Positions 1 to 9,388 of a stretch of 64,000 nt of DNA are shown in pieces; the stretch's first letter is position 1; every line of letters starts with the position of its first letter. Under the pieces are notes generated by a model, which was not told where the DNA came from, did not search any database, and was given only the letters and a program-made list of their open reading frames with translations. The position numbers were made by a program, and so were the translations under genes. The stretch lies in contig JAVZLK010000003.1 of assembly GCA_038883795.1 (NCBI GenBank), positions 1 to 64,000 of the forward strand, read 5' to 3'. This DNA comes from Candidatus Bathyarchaeia archaeon. Its GTDB lineage: Archaea > Thermoproteota > Bathyarchaeia > Bathyarchaeales > Bathycorpusculaceae.

Positions 1-635
1 GTAACCGGTATGCCATCCCTCTTAAGCTCATAAGTCGTTAACCTTGCCCCCTGCAATTTTGGACGAGTTTCCGTGGCGATAACCCTAATCTTTTTCCCTT
101 GCTCCCAAGCAGCCCTTATAACTCCAAGAGCCGTGCCATACTCGACGGTTGCCAAAGCACCAGCATTACAGTGGGTTAAAACAACGTCCCCCTCATGAAT
201 GAGTTCTGCACCATATTTTCCAATCATGCGGTTTGCTTCGGCGTCCTCATCAGCTATTCTTTTCGCTTCTTCAACAACAAGAGCAGCTAAAGCCTCTGCG
301 CTTCCTAGAAAATCCCTTGCCTTAACTAAAATTCTGTCTAAAGCCCAGAAAAGATTAACACCAGTTGGTCTTGTACTCCTTAAAACTTCAGCAGCCTTCT
401 CCAATTCTTGAAGAATTTCCTCTTTACCTTTGCCTTTCGAATGGTAAGCTGTTAAAGCCAACGCAAAGGCCGCAGCAGCACCAAGAAGCGGAGCGCCCCT
501 AATTTTCATTGTTTTTATGGCTTCAGCCACATCATTGTAGCTTTTCATCTCAAGTATCACGGTTTCCCATGGAAGCCTTGACTGGTCTAGTGTAAGTACT
601 GTTCCATCATGCCACTCAATTGTTCGAACCAGCAT
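1..635 (-). CDS. mtnA: S-methyl-5-thioribose-1-phosphate isomerase (eIF-2B alpha family), 3' end beyond the window edge
   Basis: Not in the ORF track; translated by hand from ATG at 635: MLVRTIEWHDGTVLTLDQSRLP...IRGAPLLG...TRPTGVNL...LTHCNAGALATVEYGTALG...ETRPKLQGARLT, which are MtnA family motifs. Confidence 0.9.
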   Translation of the reverse strand, partial: MLVRTIEWHDGTVLTLDQSRLPWETVILEMKSYNDVAEAIKTMKIRGAPLLGAAAAFALALTAYHSKGKGKEEILQELEKAAEVLRSTRPTGVNLFWALDRILVKARDFLGSAEALAALVVEEAKRIADEDAEANRMIGKYGAELIHEGDVVLTHCNAGALATVEYGTALGVIRAAWEQGKKIRVIATETRPKLQGARLTTYELKRDGIPV

Positions 636-697
636 CTTATTAGCCTCAGTAAATGGTTTATGCTGGAAGGAGTATAAAATATATTAGAAATTAGAAA

Positions 698-1417
698 GTG
701 GATGCTATAATGCGAAAGGAAAGCCTTAGGACTTTTGTGGAAAATTTTGGAAAAAGATACTCCGAAACATTAGGCATAAACCTAAAAAACGGCAAAGATG
801 AAGAAATTTTCAAGTGGTTTTTCGCCTCAATCCTTTTCGGCGCTCCAATAACAGAAACATCAGCCATTAAAACCTACAAGTGCTTCCAAGAATATGATGT
901 GTTAACGCCTAAACGGATACTCGAAACTGGATGGGATGGGCTCGTTAGAATATTGGATGAAGGAAGCTACACGCGCTACGACTTCAAAACCGCAGACAAA
1001 CTCCTTGAAGTTATGCAAAATCTCATCAAAAAATACAATGGAAGCCTAACAGTCCTTTACAACCAAGCTTTAGACACGCAAGACTTGAAAAATCGCCTAA
1101 AAGATTTGGGGAAGGGCGTTGGAGAAGTGACAGTGAACATATTCTTAAGAGAACTCCGTGATACTTGGGATAAAGCCAAACCAGAACCCACAAGCCTCGT
1201 TTTGCTTGCAGCCAAAAACCTTGGAATAATCAAGAAAGAAAAACATGAAACTGCCCTACAACAACTAGAGAATTTTTGGCTCGAAAACAAGGTTGAGGGA
1301 AAATCTTTCATAAATTTCGAAACATCGCTGCTAAGACTTGGCAAGGATTTTTGTAGGAAGGGTAAATGCGCCTCTTGTCCAGTTAAAAGTGAGTGCTCTG
1401 CTCCGAAGGCGCCTTAA
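698..1417 (+). CDS. HhH-GPD superfamily (endonuclease III-like) DNA repair protein with C-terminal 4Fe-4S motif
   Basis: Helix-hairpin-helix LGKGVGEVT and C-terminal C-x4-C-x2-C-x5-C (CRKGKCASCPVKSEC). Confidence 0.7.
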   Translation: MDAIMRKESLRTFVENFGKRYSETLGINLKNGKDEEIFKWFFASILFGAPITETSAIKTYKCFQEYDVLTPKRILETGWDGLVRILDEGSYTRYDFKTADKLLEVMQNLIKKYNGSLTVLYNQALDTQDLKNRLKDLGKGVGEVTVNIFLRELRDTWDKAKPEPTSLVLLAAKNLGIIKKEKHETALQQLENFWLENKVEGKSFINFETSLLRLGKDFCRKGKCASCPVKSECSAPKAP

Positions 1418-2162
1418 CATAAGTGATAACTTCTATTGGGCATTCTCCAGAAAGTTTAAGCTTCTTCTTCCACTCTTCACCCACCGCTATAAGCGAGAAA
1501 AATCCTGAAATCTCAGCCTTCGCTTTCCTAACAAGATTCACCAAAGCCGCTTGGGTTTCTCCAGTCTTAATCATGTCATCCACGATTAAAACGCTGTCCC
1601 GCTTTTTAATGGCATCCTTAGGAATGTAAAGCGTCATAGTTACACCAGAATCTCTAAGCGCGTAAGTTTCTTCCAAAAAAGCCTTAACCCCAACTTCCTT
1701 GCTTCTCTTCGCAATTATGAGGTTCACTCCCAAAGCGCTTGCAACCATAGTCGCTAATGGAATACCATCCACAGCAGCAGTCAAAACTTTTGTAACCCGT
1801 TTTCCAGCAAAATTTGCAAGGGCATGATTAGCCGCTTGTTGTAGAATGTTAAAATCCCCAACAATGTCAGTATTATCAAAATAACCATCCTCATCAAACC
1901 TTATCCTATTACGCAATTCAGCCTCCAAACCAACAAGCTTATTTAAAACTTTCCAAAGCTGCCTCGCCCTCGCAGTATTAGGCAAAACATGCCCCTTAGC
2001 ATATCTGCTCAAAACAGTAACGGGCAAACCAGTTTTGGAAGCTAACTCACGATAGGTTATATTCCGCTTATACTTTGCAGTCCTAAGCATCTCAATAGTC
2101 ATCAAACGAAGCTTCAACTCATCCACATGCGTGCTCATAGCAACCCCCTTATACACTGACAC
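1383..2162 (-). CDS. HTH + phosphoribosyltransferase domain protein (PurR/Apt-like regulator)
   Basis: N-terminal HTH (TYRELASKTGLPVTVLSRY) and PRPP-binding motif VLIVDDMIKTGET. Confidence 0.8.
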   Translation of the reverse strand: MSVYKGVAMSTHVDELKLRLMTIEMLRTAKYKRNITYRELASKTGLPVTVLSRYAKGHVLPNTARARQLWKVLNKLVGLEAELRNRIRFDEDGYFDNTDIVGDFNILQQAANHALANFAGKRVTKVLTAAVDGIPLATMVASALGVNLIIAKRSKEVGVKAFLEETYALRDSGVTMTLYIPKDAIKKRDSVLIVDDMIKTGETQAALVNLVRKAKAEISGFFSLIAVGEEWKKKLKLSGECPIEVITYVKAPSEQSTHF

Positions 2163-2231
2163 GTCAATCTTAAAGCGTTTACCATTTATTATTGCAATAC
2201 TAATTTAAAATTTCCGTTCCAAAACGAACAA

Positions 2232-2326
2232 TGGCGGGTCCGCTGGGATTTGAACCCAGGATCTCCGGCTTAGAAGGCCGACGCGCTTTTTGGAATTTTG
2301 GCTTATCCAAGCTGCGCCACGGACCC
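2232..2326 (-). tRNA. tRNA-Arg(TCT) with ~17-nt non-canonical D-loop intron; CCA encoded
   Basis: Acceptor stem GGGTCCG/CGGACCC+GCCA; anticodon arm TCGGC-CTTCTAA-GCCGG; T-arm CTGGG-TTCAAAT-CCCAG; extra sequence between the D-stem halves GCGC...GCGC. Confidence 0.9.
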
Positions 2327-2445
2327 ACAAGATGTGATAGTGGGAAGCATAGATAATAATTTTGTCTGTTTTGGTTAATGGACTTTATAGAAAAATGTTA
2401 CTTAAAGCTTTTAAATAAGCGCTAAATCATTTTTACTAGGGAGGG

Positions 2446-2832
2446 GTGAAGGTGTCGGAGATTCAACGGTTTGATATCCCCATCCCTTTGGTAAATTATC
2501 TATTCCTAATTAGGAACCGTAAGTCTCCGTATTACGATATAGTCCAATTTCTTTTGAAAGAGATGGAGATGCACTACGAAAAAGTGGGACAAGGCTCCGA
2601 TGTTATTTATACTATAAATCCAAGAGTTTTACAGGAGGAAATTGAAAAGAGGGTTAGAAGTGAAAAATTGACTACGGTGAATGTTTGTCGTACTATTTTG
2701 GCTCTCTTGTACGGAAGTAAACTTCGGGAGGAGAGGGACTTTTACGTTACAACAACTAGCAGCGGGCGAAGAAATTATCACATTAGGGTTAATGAACGCA
2801 CTTTAACTTCTATTTCCAGATTACTGCTATGA
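2446..2832 (+). CDS. Hypothetical protein, possibly winged-helix DNA-binding
   Basis: 128-aa ORF with SD-like GGGAGGGG and upstream TATA-like TTTAAATA; helical segment followed by a beta-hairpin (FYVTTTSSGRRNYHIRV). Confidence 0.6.
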   Translation: MKVSEIQRFDIPIPLVNYLFLIRNRKSPYYDIVQFLLKEMEMHYEKVGQGSDVIYTINPRVLQEEIEKRVRSEKLTTVNVCRTILALLYGSKLREERDFYVTTTSSGRRNYHIRVNERTLTSISRLLL

Positions 2833-2839
2833 CCGTGAA

Positions 2840-5722
2840 TTATTCGATGTAAATTGCTGGTCGAAGCGGCATAGCTATCATTGCTCTTTGTCGAGGGTCA
2901 TAAATTTCTCCGTCATCTTCGTTGTAGACTATGATTTGTGCTTTGAATCTTTCACTTAAAAATTCCTTTGCCTCTTCAATTATCCTTTTTTCGTCAAGTT
3001 CTCCTATTCGCAAAATGCTTTCTCTTCTATTTTCTGATATCAAGTTTATCTCTTTTAGAATTCTTGGAGTGAATTTTGCGATTTCTTGAATGTTTTCCTT
3101 TAAGTCCTTTTGCGTGCTGAATTCTTTCATAAGTTCGCTTATTTTTACTTCTCCATGTTTTGATTTCTCTAAAATTTTCTGGTAGACTTTCCATTTCCAT
3201 GGGCTGGCTGTGTAATAGAATATTTTTTGGGGAGTAATTTTTGTTGCTTTTAAGACGTTTAACGTGTCCTCAATCAACTCTTCTATGAATTTCTCTTTCT
3301 CCTCCGCTATTATATCTATTTGCTTTTCATCTATTTTTGGCCATTCTGCGAGTGAGATGAAGCCTTCTTCTTTCATTTCGCTCCACAATTCTTCACATAT
3401 GTGCGGTGCGAATGGTGCGAGCATTTTTAGCCATGTTTTTAGGGCTTCTTTTAGGGTTTTTGATTTCATTGTCTTTTTTCTTTGTATGTACCAGCGGAAG
3501 TCGTTCCATGTTTCGAAGAAAGCGATTTCTAGGGCTGTTCTTGTTTTCATTTCTTCCAAATTTTTTGTAACTTCTTTTATGCGGTGTTGTAGGGTGCTTA
3601 TAAGCCATTTTTCCAAGTGTCCAGTCTCCGTGGTTTTTGCTTGTTCTATTATGTTTTTTGCAAAGTTGTAGAATGTTTCGAGTTTACTTTGTATTTCCTT
3701 AACGTTTTCGCTTCTCCAGTCTGGGTCGTCCATTCCTTCAGCGGCTAATAGTAATGCGCATCTTGTGGCGTCTGCTCCATATTTTTCTATGGCTTTTTTT
3801 AGGGGTATGAAGTTTCCTAGATGCCTATGCATTTGTTTGCCTTCTATCATTAGCATGCCGTTTACTCCTATTCCTTTTGGCCAATGTTGTGGTGGGAAGA
3901 GTGCTGTGTGGTGGAATATGAAGAATGTTAGGTGGTTTGGAACGAGTTCTTTTGCTGATACCCTTAAGTCGACTGGGTACCAGTATGAGAATTCTTTTCG
4001 CATTTCTTCCAAGATTTCAGTTTCTATTCCCGCTTGTGTGGCTATTTTTTCTGCGCTTCCTTCTCCATAGAAAATGTAGTCAAAAACTTCTTTTGTCAAG
4101 TTTTGTGGTTTTATGTCCTTTTCCTTTATGTGTTTGTTTATTGTGTAGAAAGCCATGTAGATTGTTGAGTCGCTTAGGGTTTCTATAATCCATCCTTCTC
4201 CCCATGGTAATGGCGTGCCAAATCCGGTTCTTCTTGCGCAAGCCCATTCTTTTAGCCAGTCAATTACTGTTAGGAACCATTGGGTTGCTGTTTCTGGGTA
4301 AATTTTCATCTGGCTTAGGGCTTCTTTTGCTTTTTCTTTCCATTCCGGGTCTGAATAGTTTAGAAACCATTGATCCTGTAAGACTTTGACGATGCATGGC
4401 GTTAGACAGCGGCAAACCACTGGTTGTGGCAAGTCATACATGGAGTCTACGATTCCGCGGTTTTTGAAATCTTTTATTAGGGTTTCTTTTACTTCTCTAA
4501 CCATTTTTCCAGAATATTCCATACAATTTTCTTTTAGGATTCCACCATGAAATTCTTTTTTATAGAGTATTTTTGTTGCTTCTTCAGCCTTGGGGTCGTG
4601 CTGATCTTTAGCGCCTAGTTGCTCCACTATTTCTATGGCTGGATATTCGCCGAATCCTTCAACTTTGATGAGGGAGATCGGTTTTATTTTCTTAACAGTT
4701 TCTGGGTCTATGCCAAATTCTCGCAATACTTCTGGTTTTTCTTGTAAGTCTTTTAACGCTAGCCAATCGTAGGGAGCATGCGCTGGGACGCTATAAACAA
4801 CGCCTGTTGCCTGTTTAGGGTTGACAAACCATCCCGGCAATATGGGAAATCTTTCTTTTGTGACCGGGTTTTCGAAGGTTTTTCCTATAAGCTCTCTCCC
4901 TTTTAGTGTTCGCTTTATTTTCACGTTTTTTCCTTGTTCTTTCAACTTTTGGGCTGCTTCTTCGCTTATTATCCAAGTTTCATTGTCCACATGGGCTTCT
5001 ACGTAGGTTGCGATTGGGTTTATCCACATGTTTGTTACGCCGTAAATTGTTTCTGGGCGGAAGGTAGCTGCTGGCAAAATCGTCTCATGGTTTAGTTTGA
5101 ACTTTATTAGCGTGTATTCTTCTGGGGTTACGCCTTCTCCCACTTGGCGGTCATGGTCTCCTGTTGGGCTTTGGCATTTTGGACACCAAACCACCGGATG
5201 TGTTCCCATGGAAACGTAGCCTTTTGCTCTGAGGTTTTCGTATTGCCATTCTATGAATTTTTGGTATGTTGGCATTATGGTGTTGAATTCTCTTCTCCAA
5301 TCAATTGAGAAGCCAGCCTTCCTCGCGGCTGTTCGTCCGTCGTTTGTGTAATATGTTGCCATACAAATTGGGTCAACAAATTTTTTGAGCTCTTCTTCTG
5401 GAACACCGTCCACTTCTCTTAAAACTTTTATGAATTCTTCATCGCCCTTTGCCACACGTTCGCTTGCGCCTAACAGTGGTTGGCCTGTCCAGTGCCATGC
5501 CCATGGCCAAAGCACGTTATAGCCTTGCATTCTTTTGAAGCGAGCATACGCGTCTACGCGGGAGGCTGTGAAGCCGTGGCCCACGTGAAGCGGGCCGTTC
5601 ATGTATGGGTATGGGAAGGTTATGAAGAATTTCTTTTTGTTTGGGTCTGGGTTTGCCTCGAAGATTTTTGCTGTTTCCCAGCGTTTTTGCCATTTTTCCT
5701 CGATTTTCTTTAAAAATTCCAT
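2840..5722 (-). CDS. leuS: Leucine--tRNA ligase (archaeal/eukaryal type)
   Basis: PYPYMNGPLHVGH (HIGH motif), editing domain ATFRPETIYG, ETLSDSTIYMA, C-terminal AMPLRPAIYIE. Confidence 0.97.
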   Translation of the reverse strand: MEFLKKIEEKWQKRWETAKIFEANPDPNKKKFFITFPYPYMNGPLHVGHGFTASRVDAYARFKRMQGYNVLWPWAWHWTGQPLLGASERVAKGDEEFIKVLREVDGVPEEELKKFVDPICMATYYTNDGRTAARKAGFSIDWRREFNTIMPTYQKFIEWQYENLRAKGYVSMGTHPVVWCPKCQSPTGDHDRQVGEGVTPEEYTLIKFKLNHETILPAATFRPETIYGVTNMWINPIATYVEAHVDNETWIISEEAAQKLKEQGKNVKIKRTLKGRELIGKTFENPVTKERFPILPGWFVNPKQATGVVYSVPAHAPYDWLALKDLQEKPEVLREFGIDPETVKKIKPISLIKVEGFGEYPAIEIVEQLGAKDQHDPKAEEATKILYKKEFHGGILKENCMEYSGKMVREVKETLIKDFKNRGIVDSMYDLPQPVVCRCLTPCIVKVLQDQWFLNYSDPEWKEKAKEALSQMKIYPETATQWFLTVIDWLKEWACARRTGFGTPLPWGEGWIIETLSDSTIYMAFYTINKHIKEKDIKPQNLTKEVFDYIFYGEGSAEKIATQAGIETEILEEMRKEFSYWYPVDLRVSAKELVPNHLTFFIFHHTALFPPQHWPKGIGVNGMLMIEGKQMHRHLGNFIPLKKAIEKYGADATRCALLLAAEGMDDPDWRSENVKEIQSKLETFYNFAKNIIEQAKTTETGHLEKWLISTLQHRIKEVTKNLEEMKTRTALEIAFFETWNDFRWYIQRKKTMKSKTLKEALKTWLKMLAPFAPHICEELWSEMKEEGFISLAEWPKIDEKQIDIIAEEKEKFIEELIEDTLNVLKATKITPQKIFYYTASPWKWKVYQKILEKSKHGEVKISELMKEFSTQKDLKENIQEIAKFTPRILKEINLISENRRESILRIGELDEKRIIEEAKEFLSERFKAQIIVYNEDDGEIYDPRQRAMIAMPLRPAIYIE

Positions 5723-5852
5723 AAAACTTTCTGAATTGGTTTGTGGGATATTAAAGGTTTTGTTTTCACTGACAGAGAACGCTATTCCTCACGTTAAACA
5801 CCAACATTAAGCATGGCAAAACTCACATTAATCCTTTACTCTCTTTTCCTAA

Positions 5853-8654
5853 TTATTTGGGTTTTAATTGTTTCTTCAAGATTTCTTCAGCTTTCTTAAC
5901 TGCCTCTTGTAACTTTTCGATTTTTGTTCCTCCGCCTTGGGCGAAGTTTGGTTTTCCACCACCTCCGCCGCCTATAATTGCCGCTGCTTCTTTTACGATT
6001 TCGTTTGCGTTTACACCCTTTTCGAGGGCAGCCTTACCAACCATAACCATAATCCTCGCATTTTTCCCATCATTTCCATAAAATATTGTAACCGTTGCAT
6101 CGTCTTTTTTGATTGTTTCGTTGGCTGTTTGAACCATGCGGTCAACATCAATAAAATCTCGAAAATCACGGATTACCACTTTGACGCCGTTTACTTCTTT
6201 AATTTTCTCGGCTGGTTTTGCTCCTAAACCTGCGCTTTCGCGTTCTGCTAATTCCTTTATTAGCCTTCTTCTTTCTGCTAAGGCTTCCTTATAGTCTTTC
6301 ACAAGTTTCTCAGCTGTTTTGTCTAATTTTTCTATTGGAGCGTTCAAAATTTCCGACAATTTCCATAGCAGTCTTTCATTTTCCTGTACCGTCTTTAAGG
6401 CTGGAATTCCAACAGAATAAACAAGTCTTTCAACACCATCTTGAATCCTTTCCGTGTGAATTATTTTTATAAAACCAATCTCGCCTGTACTCTTCAAGTG
6501 AGTTCCAGCACACGCTTCAACATCCCAATCCCCAGTTTTTACCACACGAATTTCTTTGCCCGGAACCGCACCGCCTTGATATAGCCTAAAGCCATAGCGG
6601 TTTTCTGCTTCGCTTCTCGGCATCCAAAGGGTTTCCACAGGCATATTTTTTAGAATTGCTTCATTTGCCAAAGTTTCTATTTTGTGGATTTCTTCTGGCG
6701 TTAATCGACGGTAATGGGATATGTCCAGTCTCGAGGTTTCGATGCCCTTTTGTGTTCCAAACTGCCAAACATGCTGTCCCAAAACTCGTCTTGCAGCGCC
6801 ATTGACGAGGTGCGTCGCCGTATGCGCCTTCATTAAGCTGTACCGCTTCTCCCAGTCAATAACACCCTTTACTATGCTGCCCTCTTTCGGAACAGTTTCG
6901 CCTTTAATTTTGTGGACTATTATTTTGCCAACTTTTTTGACGTCAACAACCTCAACCCTTTTTCCATCGAATAGAAGATAACCCGTGTCCGCTGGTTGTC
7001 CCCCACCCTCTGGATAAAAGCATGTCTCATCAAGAACCACATATTCATCGTCTATTACTTTGATAACTGTTGCATCAAACTCTTTCATGTACTGGTCCTG
7101 ATAATACAATGGTATTGTTTGAGGGAGTTCCGAAACTTCTTTTTCAAGCCATTCTTCGGGCTTAACCTCTTCCTCCACGGGTTTGGTTGCTTGCATGTGC
7201 CTTTCTGCGATTAGGGCATAGAAGTTTTCTGGGATGTTCACTTTTAACCCCTCTTCTTCTGCGATTTGCTTTACAATTTCTGGTGGAAGCCCATGAGAAT
7301 CATAAAGCTCCGTTAAAGTTTCCACAGGAATTTCATGCGCCTTTTTGGTTTTCAATTCGCTGGATATTCGCTTAACAAGTCCCTCGCCCCTCTTTATTGT
7401 TTCTTGGAATTTTTCGTTTTCAACTGAAAGCATTTCCATTATTTCGTCTCGCATCTCCTTAAGGTGGGGATAATCCTTAGACCAATAGCTAATTTGCATG
7501 TCCATAATGTCTGGCAATTTTTCTGGGGCTCCAAGCATCTTTAGCAGTCGGTAGATTCTGCGGAAAAGCAGTCTTGCCAAATAGCCTTCTTGAATGTTTG
7601 ATGGAACAACGCCCTCAGAAAGTATGAAACTTAAACATTTCGTGTGGTCAGCCACAGCGAAAGCATTTTCTATGGGCGTAAGAAAAGCGTCTAATTCCTC
7701 AACTTTCACCCCAACAATTTCCGCCACTTTCCTCCTAACTTCCCACAGGCTTGCTGTTTTATCTAAACTCACCAAGCCAGAAACTCTTGCTATTTTCGCC
7801 AACAAATCCTTGTCGATGCTGGTCATTCCAACCATTTCAAAAATCTTGTCAAGCAAATCTCCATAAACTGCATGGAAACCGCTGAGGGCACCTTGAGAAA
7901 GCCATGTGAAACGGTCAATACCATAACCAGTGTCAACAGTTCTTATAGGCAACTTAACAAATTCGTTATCGACAACCTTGTATTGCATAAAAACAAGAGT
8001 TGCAAGCTCCAATCCTCGAACAATAGTCTCTAAACATGGACCAGCGTTTCCGCCACCAGACCAAACTTCTTCCTTGTAAACAATTTCCTCAGATTTAATA
8101 CCCAATTCCTTTGTAGCAAACTCATGGTGATACCTTACGGTTTGGTCTTTCCAATAAACCTCCTTGTCTGGATAATTAAATGCGTGATGTCCACCCATTT
8201 CAAAAACGGTTTCATACTTCCCAAAGGTTGGACCAGTGTTGGCAATGTCCACCAAACGAATGCAAGGCTGAACAATCACAAGGGGGTTTGCCGGTGGCGG
8301 CGCAATTCCCTCTGTTACGTAGGGCTGAAAATCGATTATGCTTGCATGTGTTAGGTAAATGTCTTCTCTCCATCGGGCTACGACAGGATAAGGCTTTATG
8401 CGGGTATGTTTATGCCTTTCAAAAAAGGATAGGAAAGCCTCTCGCATTTCGCTAAAAGTGTAGCTTTTCTTTGTCGGTGGGTTCCCTATAAAAGTGTAAA
8501 CGGCGCAACCTTCTCTTCTTGCTTCTCCACAAGTTTCCTGCTCTGGATTTTGCGTCCAAAAATAATCTCCACATTTTGGACAAAGCTTCCTAACATAACC
8601 CATTTCCTTAAAGAATGGAAGGCTGTACTCCTCTGCTGGAAACTTTTTCTCCAA
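5853..8654 (-). CDS. alaS: Alanine--tRNA ligase (archaeal type)
   Basis: N-terminal Zn finger, YPVVARWR, ASIIDFQP, DTGYGIDR, editing motifs HTATH and CAGTH, C-Ala GGGGGG. Confidence 0.97.
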   Translation of the reverse strand: MEKKFPAEEYSLPFFKEMGYVRKLCPKCGDYFWTQNPEQETCGEARREGCAVYTFIGNPPTKKSYTFSEMREAFLSFFERHKHTRIKPYPVVARWREDIYLTHASIIDFQPYVTEGIAPPPANPLVIVQPCIRLVDIANTGPTFGKYETVFEMGGHHAFNYPDKEVYWKDQTVRYHHEFATKELGIKSEEIVYKEEVWSGGGNAGPCLETIVRGLELATLVFMQYKVVDNEFVKLPIRTVDTGYGIDRFTWLSQGALSGFHAVYGDLLDKIFEMVGMTSIDKDLLAKIARVSGLVSLDKTASLWEVRRKVAEIVGVKVEELDAFLTPIENAFAVADHTKCLSFILSEGVVPSNIQEGYLARLLFRRIYRLLKMLGAPEKLPDIMDMQISYWSKDYPHLKEMRDEIMEMLSVENEKFQETIKRGEGLVKRISSELKTKKAHEIPVETLTELYDSHGLPPEIVKQIAEEEGLKVNIPENFYALIAERHMQATKPVEEEVKPEEWLEKEVSELPQTIPLYYQDQYMKEFDATVIKVIDDEYVVLDETCFYPEGGGQPADTGYLLFDGKRVEVVDVKKVGKIIVHKIKGETVPKEGSIVKGVIDWEKRYSLMKAHTATHLVNGAARRVLGQHVWQFGTQKGIETSRLDISHYRRLTPEEIHKIETLANEAILKNMPVETLWMPRSEAENRYGFRLYQGGAVPGKEIRVVKTGDWDVEACAGTHLKSTGEIGFIKIIHTERIQDGVERLVYSVGIPALKTVQENERLLWKLSEILNAPIEKLDKTAEKLVKDYKEALAERRRLIKELAERESAGLGAKPAEKIKEVNGVKVVIRDFRDFIDVDRMVQTANETIKKDDATVTIFYGNDGKNARIMVMVGKAALEKGVNANEIVKEAAAIIGGGGGGKPNFAQGGGTKIEKLQEAVKKAEEILKKQLKPK

Positions 8655-8731
8655 ATTTTAAGACACTCCGATAAACTCTATAATTTTAAGTTCCAATGGA
8701 TTAAATGACTTCACAAATTTAAACTATTTCA

Positions 8732-9040
8732 CTATCCAAGCTTAAAGCCCAATAGAAAACCAACCACAAAACTTCCAATGAAGGGAAGTAGAGATATTAA
8801 GCCAATAAACCATTCTGCTGCTTGACCCAACAATCCCAAAGCATTTTTTAAAGAATCAAAAAGCCTTTCATAATTTATGCTTAATATTCCTTGGGTGCTC
8901 AGATAGATTAGCGCTATTATGAACAAGCCTATTAAAATGGCTATGAGCTTGCTTAGCTTTTTTACAGCATATCCAACTATGAAACCACCAATGCCGCCTA
9001 ACCCCAACTGATATGCAAGCGGTGAAATTATTTCGCTCAT
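8732..9040 (-). CDS. FUN14 family membrane protein
   Basis: QLGLGGIGGFIVGYAVKK...GILSINYE...GSFVVGFLLG pattern; start moved to ATG at 9040. Confidence 0.85.
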   Translation of the reverse strand: MSEIISPLAYQLGLGGIGGFIVGYAVKKLSKLIAILIGLFIIALIYLSTQGILSINYERLFDSLKNALGLLGQAAEWFIGLISLLPFIGSFVVGFLLGFKLG

Positions 9041-9139
9041 AGGATATCTCTCTTTTGAAGTGCTATCGTAAGTTTGATTTAAATGTATTTTGCTACTAAA
9101 ATGGAAAGGGGGCATCAGCATAAAGGAGGTGAAAAGGAT

Positions 9140-9388
9140 TTGCTGGATCTTTACATATTAAATCTTATAGTGACGTTAGGCATGTTTGCCGTCTTAATTT
9201 TTAGGGCATGGATTGAACAGAAACATTACCGCATGATGTGGCAAGAACTGGAATGGAGAAGAATCTATCAAACCATGGGACGACTGCTAAAAGCCGAAAA
9301 AGACCTGTTTTCAAGAGTGGAGGGCGGCGATGAGCTTTACCAAATGCTGTGCGAAATCTTCAAAGCGAATGAGGAGAGAAAAAATTAA
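9140..9388 (+). CDS. Small hypothetical membrane-anchored protein
   Basis: SD GGAGGTG at 9125-9131, TTG start, one N-terminal hydrophobic helix. Confidence 0.65.
   Translation: MLDLYILNLIVTLGMFAVLIFRAWIEQKHYRMMWQELEWRRIYQTMGRLLKAEKDLFSRVEGGDELYQMLCEIFKANEERKN

Noticed and set aside
8732-9040. FUN14 (and eL38 at 50515) as eukaryotic signature genes
   Set aside because: Both families are already known from archaea.
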